Positions 20,675-30,584 of a DNA stretch of 64,000 nucleotides are shown piece after piece; position 1 is the first letter of the stretch, and each line of letters begins with the position of its first letter. Where the stretch lies: NCBI GenBank assembly GCA_029856125.1, contig JAHQWJ010000120.1:64001-128000 (forward strand). The letters run 5' to 3'. The stretch comes from Promethearchaeia archaeon. Lineage in GTDB: Archaea; Asgardarchaeota; Lokiarchaeia; Sigyniarchaeales; SOKP01. Position numbers and translations under genes: made by a program. Under the pieces are notes generated by a model. The model worked only from the letters and a program-made list of their open reading frames with translations. It did not search any database and was not told where the DNA came from.

Positions 20675-22369
20675 TTGGCAGATAAGAGTAATGGTAATAC
20701 GCGATTTATATTCGTTACAGGAGGTGTAATGTCGGCTGTAGGAAAAGGTGTAGCTACAGCAAGTTTAGGAAAAATACTCCAATTTCGGGGATTCAATATC
20801 TCTGTAGTTAAAATTGATCCTTACCTTAATGTAGATCCTGGAACACTTAATCCAATAGAGCATGGAGAATGTTTTATAACCGAAGATGTATGGGACTTTA
20901 CACCTGTCATTGGATCTGACGAAAGATCGTATAGAATCTCTGAAATAGACCAAGACTTCGGAACATATTCTCGATTCCTTGGTATTGAGATGCATCCTTC
21001 TCATAATATTACCTCTGGGCAAATTTATCTTTCTACAATTTTAAGGGAGAGAAAAGGTAAATTTTTAGGGAAAACAGTGCAATTAATTCCTCACGTAACT
21101 AACATAATTAAAGAAAGGTTAATGGAGATATCCAAAAATGAAAATTTAGATGTTTTACTGATCGAATGTGGGGGGACCGTGGGAGATTTAGAATCAAGTA
21201 TCTTTCTAGAAGCTTTTAGGCAAATTAAGTTGGAATTTCCTAAACGTACTGCCTTAGTTCATGTAACTCTTGTCCCTTATTCTCGCGCAGTTGGTCAACA
21301 AAAATCGAAACCAACTCAACACTCTGTCAGAATGCTTCAGAGTGTGGGACTTCAACCTGACATAATAATTGGAAGGAGTGAAAAACCGCTTGCTGACGAT
21401 ATAAAGTCAAAAATATCCCTCTATTCGAATGTTCCAGAAGCTGCAGTAATTTCGAATCCTGATTTACAAGTTGTGTATGAGTTACCTTTATTATTTGAGG
21501 AACAAGGTTTAGGTGATTTTCTTTGTGAGCTAATAGATTTAAAAGCTAAGCTGGTGTCGTATAGTGAGGTTAATAATTATTCCGAATGGCTGAAAATGGT
21601 TGAGATGTATAAAAATGCTGACGATCGGGTGAAGATAGCAATGCCTGGTAAATATTTTAATATATCTGACTCATATATTTCGATAAATGATGCTTTAGAG
21701 CACGCTGCAGTTCATCAAGGGTATAAAACTGAATTAAAGATGATTAACATAGCTGAAGATACTAACATTTACGAAGAGTTGAAAGATTGTGACGGTATTT
21801 TATTAACCCCCGGTTTTGGAGGGCGCGCAGTTGAAGGGATGATAAAATCTGCGGAATACGCAATGGAAAACAAAGTTCCATTTTTGGGAATTTGTTTTGG
21901 AGCGCAATTATTCTTTGCGGCATTTTGTAGAAAATACCTTGGGCTGAAAGGAGCTAATTCAACAGAAATCGATTCTAATACGCCTTATCCTGTAGTGGAT
22001 CTTTTATCCAGCCAACAGGATGTTACTGAAAAAGGGGGGACAATGCGCTTAGGGGCTCAAAAAATTATTGTTAACGAAAAAACAAAGCTCTATGATGCTT
22101 ATCAGCAAAAGGAAATATATGAGCGGTTTAGACACAGGTATCATATCCAAGAGCGATATATCGATCAAAAAGCAAAAGAGAACGGATTAATTGTATCCAG
22201 TAGAGACGAAACTGGAAAAATAATTAATAGTATCGAATTAGACAGAGCAGATCATTGGATGATTGGAACTCAATTTCATCCAGAATTCAAATCTAGACCC
22301 TACGCTCCTTCTAAGGTGTATTACGATTTTATCAAAGCTTGTGCGACATATAAAAATAAAAGAAAATAG
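20675..22369 (+). CDS. pyrG: CTP synthase
   Basis: TGGV.S..GKG, KIDPYLNVDPGT, TVQ.IPHVT, E.GGTVGD, K.KPTQHSV, GICFG, GGTMRLG, QFHPEFKSRP. Confidence 0.97.
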   Translation: MADKSNGNTRFIFVTGGVMSAVGKGVATASLGKILQFRGFNISVVKIDPYLNVDPGTLNPIEHGECFITEDVWDFTPVIGSDERSYRISEIDQDFGTYSRFLGIEMHPSHNITSGQIYLSTILRERKGKFLGKTVQLIPHVTNIIKERLMEISKNENLDVLLIECGGTVGDLESSIFLEAFRQIKLEFPKRTALVHVTLVPYSRAVGQQKSKPTQHSVRMLQSVGLQPDIIIGRSEKPLADDIKSKISLYSNVPEAAVISNPDLQVVYELPLLFEEQGLGDFLCELIDLKAKLVSYSEVNNYSEWLKMVEMYKNADDRVKIAMPGKYFNISDSYISINDALEHAAVHQGYKTELKMINIAEDTNIYEELKDCDGILLTPGFGGRAVEGMIKSAEYAMENKVPFLGICFGAQLFFAAFCRKYLGLKGANSTEIDSNTPYPVVDLLSSQQDVTEKGGTMRLGAQKIIVNEKTKLYDAYQQKEIYERFRHRYHIQERYIDQKAKENGLIVSSRDETGKIINSIELDRADHWMIGTQFHPEFKSRPYAPSKVYYDFIKACATYKNKRK

Positions 22370-22371
22370 AA

Positions 22372-22680
22372 TTAATCACGAATAACTAACACAGTCAGAT
22401 CTTCTAAACTTTTAATACCTCTTGGTTCAGTTTCGTTATAGGCTATATAATCGTTTTGACCTAATTCAACTTCTCCAGAAGCAGTAGGAAAAACAGCCTT
22501 TCCTTTCATTACTAAGAAAACAGCTGGATGCGATCCGTCATGAGGTTCGATTTCTAAACCTTTTTTTAAGGAAATTCGCATCACCTTAAACTTTTCTGAA
22601 ATGTAGATTTGATGTTTTGCAGGACCATCTGTCTTAAATTTCTGATTATCAAATATGTTTTTTGGCTCTAAAACACTCAC
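22372..22680 (-). CDS. Cupin-domain protein
   Basis: G.EI.PH, V.KGKA and short beta-rich pattern; the second His motif is degenerate (EPRG). Confidence 0.7.
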   Translation of the reverse strand: MSVLEPKNIFDNQKFKTDGPAKHQIYISEKFKVMRISLKKGLEIEPHDGSHPAVFLVMKGKAVFPTASGEVELGQNDYIAYNETEPRGIKSLEDLTVLVIRD

Positions 22681-22842
22681 CTTTTAAGTTTAGTGTGGAT
22701 ACTTATTTTTTTTTTTTGTATTAGTGGTTTTAAAACTTCTTCTTCAGAATTATAGGATATAGGTAAGAACACGAGTACAGTTCTATTTAATAGGGTTTTG
22801 GTTTAACAACAATTAAATTACTATAAAAAAAGTAAGGAAATA

Positions 22843-24294
22843 CTATTTTAAATCAATATCGAGAATTTTTTTTATTAATTTCTTCTTTTCTGTTAGATCT
22901 GCTTGACGAGAAATCATAATTCTTTGCGCTTGTGGACTTCCTGCTCCGTGTAATGATTCCGTCCTATAACTAACAGAAGCCAAGCCCATCGTTAAATTTT
23001 CAATAAATCTTAGAACTTTATATCTATCCTCAGCGCATGTTTCTTCACTTGTATTAAGATATTTCTCAATTAAATGCCCAATTTCCTCCGATTTAAAGTC
23101 TGCTTCAGAAGGCATTGTACAAATTAACCCTCCGGCTAAATCTTCAGCAAGTCGCCCGATTTCATATGGGAAGCGAGTAACATTTAGTTTGCATACATTT
23201 GCCAAAAGCATATCCATTTCAAAATTTCCTGCTTCCCGTTGGAACCCTAACGAACTGCAAGCAATACCACAACTATATAACGTTTCGTTTAAATGGACCA
23301 TTTCCACAAGTTTATCCCGTATATGAGATGCCTTTTCGGTTCCATTGTATTCAGTAATCAACGATGCCGCACCAATGAGTACATCGCCCACACCAACTTT
23401 ACATCCGCCATAGGACTGTCGATGGAAACCAGCAAACCTATTAACTAATTTACCAGCAAACTCTATTTCTCCATTCATAAATATTTGATCATTCGGTATA
23501 TACACATTATCAAATATTACAAATATTTCTTGGCCGCCATACTTGAAATTTCCAACGTCTAATTTACCGAGTTCCATTTTTCTAGTATCACATGACTGTC
23601 TTCCATATACTAGAGTTATTCCCTTTTCATTCGTATTAACACCAAAACTTACAGCGTACTGTTCTTCACCGGGTCGTAAAGAAAGAGTGGGCATGATAAT
23701 TGCTCTATGTGAGTTTAAATATCCCGTTTGGTGGATTTTTGCACCGCGAACAATTATTCCGTCATCTCTTTCCTCGACAATATGTAAAAAAGCGTCTGGA
23801 TCAGGTTGGTCTTTAGGTCTTTTGCTTCTATCTCCTTTAGTATCTGTCATGGCTCCACCCACCATCAAATCTTGAGACTGCACTTCAATCCAATACTTTT
23901 TGAAGCGGTTATGATACTCAGTTCCATTTTTTTTATCCATTTCATAGGTTATGCTATATAACGCGTTAGCGGTGTCAAAACCTACGCACCTTTGGAAACA
24001 GCAAGCTGTCTGTTGACCCAATAGTCTCTGCATCTTTACCTTTTTAATTAAATCGTCAACAGATTGGTGAATATGAGTAAATCTGTTAATTGTGTCACCA
24101 GTTAAATGAGACGTTGTTGTCATTAAATCCTTGTACTCGTCCATCTGGGCTAATTCATAGATTTTCATAACGGTATTTATCGAAGGTTTAATGATTGGAT
24201 GGTTCCAAAATTCCTCTACTTTTTCACCAAACATATAGAGATTAACAGGATGTTGGATGCTTTTAAAATACTCTTCTGGAGTTTTTAACGTCAT
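22843..24294 (-). CDS. abfD: 4-hydroxybutyryl-CoA dehydratase / vinylacetyl-CoA isomerase
   Basis: CFQRCVG and HRQSYGGCK [4Fe-4S] ligands, AMTD.KGDR, ESLHGAGSPQAQ. Confidence 0.93.
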   Translation of the reverse strand: MTLKTPEEYFKSIQHPVNLYMFGEKVEEFWNHPIIKPSINTVMKIYELAQMDEYKDLMTTTSHLTGDTINRFTHIHQSVDDLIKKVKMQRLLGQQTACCFQRCVGFDTANALYSITYEMDKKNGTEYHNRFKKYWIEVQSQDLMVGGAMTDTKGDRSKRPKDQPDPDAFLHIVEERDDGIIVRGAKIHQTGYLNSHRAIIMPTLSLRPGEEQYAVSFGVNTNEKGITLVYGRQSCDTRKMELGKLDVGNFKYGGQEIFVIFDNVYIPNDQIFMNGEIEFAGKLVNRFAGFHRQSYGGCKVGVGDVLIGAASLITEYNGTEKASHIRDKLVEMVHLNETLYSCGIACSSLGFQREAGNFEMDMLLANVCKLNVTRFPYEIGRLAEDLAGGLICTMPSEADFKSEEIGHLIEKYLNTSEETCAEDRYKVLRFIENLTMGLASVSYRTESLHGAGSPQAQRIMISRQADLTEKKKLIKKILDIDLK

Positions 24295-24415
24295 TTTTAT
24301 TATTTCTCCAATTTTAACTATAATTAGATATATTTCTCTTAATTATTAAAAATGATTCTAATATTTGTTAACTCTTTTATCTTTTCTTATTAAATTCTTT
24401 ATCAGAAATCCTAAG

Positions 24416-24429
24416 TTTACTTTAGTAAA
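24416..24429. promoter_or_regulatory. Palindromic operator candidate TTTAC-TTTA-GTAAA
   Basis: Lies in the divergent abfD/MFS intergenic region; motif recurs in 7 promoter regions. Confidence 0.6.
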
Positions 24430-24504
24430 ATCAAACTTCATATTAATTTCGCTTTTTAATTATAAATCCTAACTCTATCTTATAGATCTAAAAAGTTTGA
24501 AGTT

Positions 24505-25944
24505 ATGACACTAAATATTGAGAGAAGAGAATTGCATGGGAAGCGGTTAATTGGATACGCTTCTGGAAATTTTGGTCTTTCATTAGTTAATATATTTACT
24601 GGCACATTTATTTTCCAGTTTTACGTATATACTATCAATCTTAGCTCCATTTTGGTATCTGTTGGTCTAATAATTAATTCAATTTTAATAGCAATTTTTG
24701 CAATTATATCCGGAGTAATTGTAGATAATAAAAAACCTAGTAAAAGGGGAAAGAGAAAAATCTTCCTTATCCTTGGGCTTCCTATTTGGTTTTCAGCTAA
24801 TATTTTTCTTTGGCTCCCTCCTTGGTATTGTCCACCTTCAAATTCGTTTTTCTTACCGACAGCCCTATATTTCTGGTTCATGATAAGTATAAAAGCAGTA
24901 TTTGGAACTTTAATATTCACTACATACCTATCTATGCTTCCAGAACAATCTCAAACATCAGAAAATAGAAAAAAGGTTGCCTCAATAAGGGTAATATTCT
25001 CTATTACTGCTTCTGTATTGGCACTATTGATGCCGTTAACTATCCAAAGCTTATTGGAAGATCCTGAAAATGCTAAGTGGTGGCAAAGCTCGGGAAATAT
25101 TATCGTTACTTTAATGCCTATAATTGGTATCAGTTTTGCGTTATTTGGATCAGTTACTATAATTTTTACTTACCTCTCTGTAGACGAAAGCTTTCATAAT
25201 CAATACGAGTTACAAAATGAAAAAAAAAAAGTAAAAGATGCTTTCAGAGCCATTTTTTATCCTTTAACCGACAGAAATTATAACAAACTGTTATTAGTGC
25301 AATTCTTTGCAAGGACTACTGGAAAAGTGTTAGCTATCTTAATTATACCGTTAATTACTTATGTTCTTTTATTCAAAGATAATGACTTTTATATCTACAT
25401 AATAGTATCTATTACTAGTAAGCTAACATGGTATATTTTCTGGAGACAGTTCTTTAAAAACAAAACTCTTATTACTAAATATGCCGTTTGTCTATTGCTA
25501 GCAGGGATAGGGACCATTCTAGTAATAATCTTTATTATTCCTATAGGAAATTTCTTACTTATAGTAATATTGTTTTTCATTACAGAGGGGACTATTCTCG
25601 GGGCGTTATACGCCTTCCCATTATTTTCCATTCCCTTAGGGGCAAATCTAGTTCATGATGCAGCAAAAAATATTGATAGTGAATCTCTTGATAGAGCCTT
25701 GTCGTCTCTTTCCGGGTCTTATTATGGAGCCCTAAATTTTATTAGTTCCATGGGGCAAACCGTTGGATCACTCATTGTAGGCTTTATATTAATTGGTCCT
25801 AATGAAAAAAATCCAACAATAATAGTATTATTGTATTCTTCAATTGGAATATTATATTTTATCAGTATTATTTTCTTGAAAAAAATTAGAATTTATGAAG
25901 AACAAATTAAAGTTGAAATAGATATGTCTCAGACTATTAACTAA
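24505..25944 (+). CDS. MFS transporter, GPH/MelB-like
   Basis: IGYASGNFG, G.IVD.....RGKRK, SMLPE......R; about 12 TM. Confidence 0.88.
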   Translation: MTLNIERRELHGKRLIGYASGNFGLSLVNIFTGTFIFQFYVYTINLSSILVSVGLIINSILIAIFAIISGVIVDNKKPSKRGKRKIFLILGLPIWFSANIFLWLPPWYCPPSNSFFLPTALYFWFMISIKAVFGTLIFTTYLSMLPEQSQTSENRKKVASIRVIFSITASVLALLMPLTIQSLLEDPENAKWWQSSGNIIVTLMPIIGISFALFGSVTIIFTYLSVDESFHNQYELQNEKKKVKDAFRAIFYPLTDRNYNKLLLVQFFARTTGKVLAILIIPLITYVLLFKDNDFYIYIIVSITSKLTWYIFWRQFFKNKTLITKYAVCLLLAGIGTILVIIFIIPIGNFLLIVILFFITEGTILGALYAFPLFSIPLGANLVHDAAKNIDSESLDRALSSLSGSYYGALNFISSMGQTVGSLIVGFILIGPNEKNPTIIVLLYSSIGILYFISIIFLKKIRIYEEQIKVEIDMSQTIN

Positions 25945-25984
25945 CTATTACTGATTCTTGTAATTATGACTTTCAATTTTCAAC

Positions 25985-26776
25985 TCACTTGCCAATAAAC
26001 TCTGGTTCTTTCTTATCGTTAATAGCAAACACTCCAATTTTAAAATCTTGTGTTTCTGCTGATTTGATCTGCATTTGCCGTTCGTTTTCAAGATGATTTA
26101 TTAGAGATTCGCTTAAAGCATCAAAAAATAATTTTTTTGTGCGTGCGTATGTTAGCGTAGGACCACTCGCAAGTTTAGATGCCATCTCATGAGCTCTACT
26201 TATTAATCTTTCGGGGTCAACAACTTCATTTACAAGCCCTAGTTTAAACATATCCTCTGCTGTATATGTATCTCCAAAAAACGCCATCTGAGTTGCTTGT
26301 TGCCAAGTTAACTGGCGGCTAAGCAGTATAGTTCCTGCAAACCCGGGAATTAACGCAAGCTTGCTAAACGATTGTTTGAATTTTGCTGTATTTGATGCTA
26401 TAACTAAATCACAAGATAGCGCAAGATTCATTCCCGCTCCTACGGCCCATCCATTCACCGCTGCTATAACGGGTTTTGGATATTGGCGCAAGATAAGTGC
26501 GATCTTATATAGATTCTTTAATAAATCATCCATGAATTCACCAGGTTTCCCTACTTCAATACTTTCCTTAAAAGCTTTTATATCACCACCTGCAGAAAAA
26601 GCTTTACCAGAGCCCGTGATCATCAAGCATCTTATGTCTTCTTTATTCCGAAGCTGCTCTAAAACTTCAAGCAATTCTTCAGCCATCATTTGATTTAGAG
26701 GATTGTAATTTTCTGGATCATTAAGAACAATTTTGGCAACTTTGTCAATTATTTCTAATCTTACTTTACTTTCCAT
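25985..26776 (-). CDS. Enoyl-CoA hydratase/isomerase family protein (paralog of 30585..31376)
   Basis: AFSAGGD, KPVIAAVNG.AVGAG; about 85% identical to the second copy by manual count. Confidence 0.92.
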   Translation of the reverse strand: MESKVRLEIIDKVAKIVLNDPENYNPLNQMMAEELLEVLEQLRNKEDIRCLMITGSGKAFSAGGDIKAFKESIEVGKPGEFMDDLLKNLYKIALILRQYPKPVIAAVNGWAVGAGMNLALSCDLVIASNTAKFKQSFSKLALIPGFAGTILLSRQLTWQQATQMAFFGDTYTAEDMFKLGLVNEVVDPERLISRAHEMASKLASGPTLTYARTKKLFFDALSESLINHLENERQMQIKSAETQDFKIGVFAINDKKEPEFIGK

Positions 26777-26788
26777 TTAATTTCACCT

Positions 26789-26898
26789 TTATTTACTCCA
26801 CATTCATTTTCTTCTTTCGAATAATAATGTAACCGGTTTGGCATACAAGAGTATCAAAACTTTAATTCCAGATATTCAAAAATTATGTGTGCCGACAT
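26789..26898 (-). pseudogene. Acyl-CoA dehydrogenase deletion remnant
   Basis: Reads MSAHIIFEYLELKF*YSCMPNRLHYYSKEEN, then joins ATG TGG AGT AAA TAA. These match the two ends of 31389..32606. Confidence 0.9.
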
Positions 26899-26954
26899 AA
26901 TTCAATAATTAAATATGCCTAATAACTTTTTAATTTCTTTTATTTAATATATTT

Positions 26955-26968
26955 ATTACATAAGTAAA
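26955..26968. promoter_or_regulatory. Palindromic operator candidate ATTAC-ATAA-GTAAA
   Basis: Same offset from the remnant ATG as site 32665 has from the intact gene; also upstream of mmsA. Confidence 0.55.
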
Positions 26969-27029
26969 TGAAAAAAAATCAGACAATATCTTTAACTATT
27001 CTCTTATTTTATTTTAAAGTTAGATATAT

Positions 27030-28508
27030 ATGAATGTTTTAAAGAACTATATTAATGGAGAGTTTATAAATTCCGAAAGTAAACGATTTTTTGAATTTAT
27101 AAATCCCGCTTTAGACGAACCTCTCGGTAAAATCCCTATTTCAACAAAAGAGGAAGTACATAGAGCGGTCGAAGCAGCTAAGTTAGCATTTCTAGAGTGG
27201 AGAAAAGTACCTGGTATTAAGAGAATTCAACCTTTTTTCCGGTTATTGGCCTTAATTAAAGAAAATGTTAATGCTATCGCAGAATCTGTTGTAATAAATC
27301 ATGGTAAGGAATGGAATGCCGCAGTAGGAGAAGTCACCCGGACTTACCAAATGATTGAAGCATCACTTTCGGTGCCTGAATATCAAAAAGGTCAGTACAT
27401 GTCTAACATTGCATTGGGAATAGATGAATATTCTATTCTCGAGCCTTTAGGTGTTTTCATCATGATTCCCCCATTTAATTTTCCTGCGATGGTTCCTTTC
27501 TGGTTTTGGCCATTTGCTGTTGCTTCGGGTAATGCTTATATAATAAAATCAAATGAGCAAACACCGTTGGCTTTACAACACATATTCAAATATATTGATG
27601 AAGCTGGATTTCCCCCAGGAGTTATTAATTATATTCATGGTGATGTGGAAGTTGCAAATCAATTAATTGAACATCCTGATGTTGTTGGTGTATCAAGTGT
27701 AGGGTCTACTCCTGTAGCTCAAGCTATTTATACAAAAGCAAGCAATTTGTTTAAACGAGCCCAGTGCCATGGAGGAGCTAATAATTTTTTGGTTGTTACA
27801 GAAAATGCTAATGTTGAGAAAATTATGACTAACTTAATGAATACACTTTTTGGCAACTCTGGGCAACGTTGTTTATCTGGAGCTGTAATTATGATTGTAG
27901 GAAACCAAAATTTTTATAATAACTTTAAGAAGCAACTTCTAAAAGCGACAACTTCGCTTAAAGTTGGATATGGTATGGATAAAGAAACTTTTATGGGACC
28001 TATAGTATCGAAGAAATCTCTGGGTAAACTTAACGATCAAATTCAAAACGGAATTGATGAAGGAGCAGCTTTATTCTTAGACGGGCGGGGAATCCAAGTG
28101 CCAGGGTATGAGAAAGGGTATTTCTTAGGGCCGTGTTTATTTGAAAATGCTAAACCCGGGATGAAAATCTATGATGAAGAAGTCTTTGGACCGGTTGCGT
28201 GCCTTGATCTTGTGAACTCTATTGAGGAAGCTGTAAAAATAATCAATCAAAACCCTAAAGGAAATGCAGTGACAATTTACACTGAAAGTGGAGAAGAAGC
28301 ACGTTTTTTCCGGAGTGAGGTTCATAACATCCAAACAGGTATTAATATTGGTGTTGTAGCACCTCTCGCATGGTTCCCTTTTGCTGGTTCGAAAGATTCA
28401 TTCTTTGGTACGCTTCGAGCTCAAGGATATGAGGGTGTAAAGTTTTTTACTCAAGAGCGTGTAATAATTGAGAGATTCCATGGGAGCACTAAGATTGAAT
28501 GGGATTAA
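27030..28508 (+). CDS. mmsA: CoA-acylating (methyl)malonate-semialdehyde dehydrogenase
   Basis: PFNFPAMVP.W, VGSTPVA, GGANN, GQRCL, EEVFGP, PF.G.K.SFFG. Confidence 0.85.
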   Translation: MNVLKNYINGEFINSESKRFFEFINPALDEPLGKIPISTKEEVHRAVEAAKLAFLEWRKVPGIKRIQPFFRLLALIKENVNAIAESVVINHGKEWNAAVGEVTRTYQMIEASLSVPEYQKGQYMSNIALGIDEYSILEPLGVFIMIPPFNFPAMVPFWFWPFAVASGNAYIIKSNEQTPLALQHIFKYIDEAGFPPGVINYIHGDVEVANQLIEHPDVVGVSSVGSTPVAQAIYTKASNLFKRAQCHGGANNFLVVTENANVEKIMTNLMNTLFGNSGQRCLSGAVIMIVGNQNFYNNFKKQLLKATTSLKVGYGMDKETFMGPIVSKKSLGKLNDQIQNGIDEGAALFLDGRGIQVPGYEKGYFLGPCLFENAKPGMKIYDEEVFGPVACLDLVNSIEEAVKIINQNPKGNAVTIYTESGEEARFFRSEVHNIQTGINIGVVAPLAWFPFAGSKDSFFGTLRAQGYEGVKFFTQERVIIERFHGSTKIEWD

Positions 28509-28547
28509 TAGCTAAAAATAATAAAAAATTATAATTAAGTGAAAAAA

Positions 28548-29855
28548 ATGGTAAACCAAGATAAAAAATTAGTAGAGAATAAGTTTGAAACAGCTTTCAC
28601 GATGGCTACATCCAGTATCAAGTATGGCCCTGGCGTAACCCATGAAGTTGGGTATGACATGAAAAAACTTGGTTCCAATCGAGTTTTGGTAGTTACAGAT
28701 CCAAATTTGTCAAAAAGTGAACCCGTTTCCGTCGTCCTTGAGGTTTTACAAGAAGAAAAGATGGATGCTGTCTTGTTTGATAGAGCACGGGTTGAACCTA
28801 CTGATCACTCTTTCAAAGAGGTGATTAAATTCGCAATTGAGGGTAATTTTGATGGATTTATTGGTGTTGGGGGTGGCTCAAGCATGGATACAGCTAAGGT
28901 TGCTAACTTATACTCGACTTATCCAGCAGACTTTTTGACTTATGTCAACGCTCCAATTGGGAAAGGACTTCCCATACCAGGACCTCTAAAACCTATGATA
29001 GCAGTTCCAACAACTGCAGGTACTGGAAGTGAAACAACAGGAGTCGCAATTTTCGATTTAGAAGCAATGCGTGCCAAAACTGGTATTGCGCATCGCGCAT
29101 TACGACCTATAATGGGAATTATTGATCCAAATAATACTCGGACTGTGCCAAAGATCGCCGCTGCCTCTTGTGCTTTTGATGTTCTATGTCACGCGTTGGA
29201 ATCAATAACGGCTATCCCATATCATAAACGTTTTGCTCCTGAAAGCCTCGAGATGCGACCTGCGTATCAAGGTGCTAACCCTATTAGCCATCTTTGGGCG
29301 TCTAAGGCAATTGAAATGGTTTCGAAAAACATGGTACGCGTAGATCAAGATCCTTCTGATGATGAAGCGCGAGCTGAAATGATCTTGGCAGCTACATTTG
29401 CAGGTATAGGTTTTGGTAATGCAGGGGTTCATTTAGCTCACGGAATGTCCTATCCGGTCTCAGGAATGGTAAGGGAATACATGCCTGAAGGAGTTAAATC
29501 AGATCATCCAATAATTCCGCACGGTATGGGTGTGGTACTTGTTTCACCAGCTGTATTTCGTTTTACTGCAAAGACAAATCCAGAATTACATTTAGAATCA
29601 GCCAAACTGATGGGCGTTAATATATCTAACGCTGATAATAAGGATGCAGGCGAAATTATTGCTAACGAAATTATTAAATTAATGCGAGCCACAAAAATGC
29701 CAAACGGTTTAAGTGCCGTTGGTTATGGACTAAACGATATTGAGGAATTAGTTCAGAAAACTTTACCACAGCATCGTGTAACAAAACTTTCCCCAAGACC
29801 AGCCAGTGCCGAAGATCTTAGACAGCTCTTCACAGAATCAATGACATTGTGGTAA
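28548..29855 (+). CDS. Hydroxyacid-oxoacid transhydrogenase (HOT/ADHFE1-like, Fe-ADH family)
   Basis: YVNAPIGKG, PTTAGTGSETTG, AKTGIAHRALRP, RPAYQG.NP, HLAHGMSYP, TLPQHRVTKLSP. Confidence 0.92.
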   Translation: MVNQDKKLVENKFETAFTMATSSIKYGPGVTHEVGYDMKKLGSNRVLVVTDPNLSKSEPVSVVLEVLQEEKMDAVLFDRARVEPTDHSFKEVIKFAIEGNFDGFIGVGGGSSMDTAKVANLYSTYPADFLTYVNAPIGKGLPIPGPLKPMIAVPTTAGTGSETTGVAIFDLEAMRAKTGIAHRALRPIMGIIDPNNTRTVPKIAAASCAFDVLCHALESITAIPYHKRFAPESLEMRPAYQGANPISHLWASKAIEMVSKNMVRVDQDPSDDEARAEMILAATFAGIGFGNAGVHLAHGMSYPVSGMVREYMPEGVKSDHPIIPHGMGVVLVSPAVFRFTAKTNPELHLESAKLMGVNISNADNKDAGEIIANEIIKLMRATKMPNGLSAVGYGLNDIEELVQKTLPQHRVTKLSPRPASAEDLRQLFTESMTLW

Positions 29856-29896
29856 ACTAATAATAATTTTTTTTTATATTTTCTCCTTAAATTTTG

Positions 29897-30556
29897 TTAA
29901 TCCTTTCTTCCTACTGGGCAAGATTCAATGCATATATTACACCAAATCACAGTATTTTCTGACAGATTTTTTAAATTCTTTAGACAATAATTACGGCATA
30001 AATCTTTATTATACTTTCCTCCTTCTAAAGCCCCTGCAGGGCAAGATTCAACACAAATGTTACAATTTTTGCAATAGTCACTCTCATGAATAGGGGTGCC
30101 ATAAGATAGTTTTGCATCCGTTACCAATGACCTTAACCTTACTTGAGCTCCATAGGTTTTCGTGATAAGGAGATTATTTTTTCCAATAGGACCAATTCCT
30201 GCTAGAACCGCAGCATCTTTTAAAAAAAGTCCTGGCTCATAAGATATAATTTTTGAATTGAAGCCTTTTTTGGCTAAAAAATTCTTTATTCGATGACATT
30301 GATTTAGTAATATTAAATCAGCAAAGTGATAGCTTCTTCCTTTAACTTCGTCTCTATTCCAAGCATCTAAGCTAATATCATACAGGTGAAATCCGATTAC
30401 AACAACAGTTTTAGAATTACTAAGATACGAATCAGGTCTATGTTTTTTACTAAAAATATTGAATTTAGTTGTATCAGAAAACCCAACAAAGTCTATATCG
30501 ATTTTTTCACAATATTCAATAAGCTCCTTTGTAAGATTGTTAATTGGTTCCATCAT
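29897..30556 (-). CDS. QueG/reductive-dehalogenase-like 4Fe-4S protein
   Basis: KDAAVLAGIG.IGKNNLLI...YG..VRL.SLVTD, CKNCNICVESCP, C...C...CNICIESCP. Confidence 0.8.
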   Translation of the reverse strand: MMEPINNLTKELIEYCEKIDIDFVGFSDTTKFNIFSKKHRPDSYLSNSKTVVVIGFHLYDISLDAWNRDEVKGRSYHFADLILLNQCHRIKNFLAKKGFNSKIISYEPGLFLKDAAVLAGIGPIGKNNLLITKTYGAQVRLRSLVTDAKLSYGTPIHESDYCKNCNICVESCPAGALEGGKYNKDLCRNYCLKNLKNLSENTVIWCNICIESCPVGRKD

Positions 30557-30584
30557 TCTGAGTTGTTATATCTTTATTTTCAAC

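Larger units (their letters stand above)
25977..26968 (-). repeat. Segmental duplication copy 1 (promoter, acyl-CoA dehydrogenase remnant, crotonase)
   Basis: Colinear nucleotide similarity to 30577..32678, including the upstream gacataattcaataattaaatat...taactttttaatttcttt. Confidence 0.85.

Noticed and set aside
22843-24294. abfD as evidence of an autotrophic 4-hydroxybutyrate carbon-fixation cycle
   Set aside because: No carboxylases in the window; the context is catabolic and AbfD also serves fermentation
26854-26856. In-frame TGA in the dehydrogenase remnant as selenocysteine
   Set aside because: It aligns to Gly (GGA) in the intact paralog, and the gene is internally deleted, so it is a nonsense mutation
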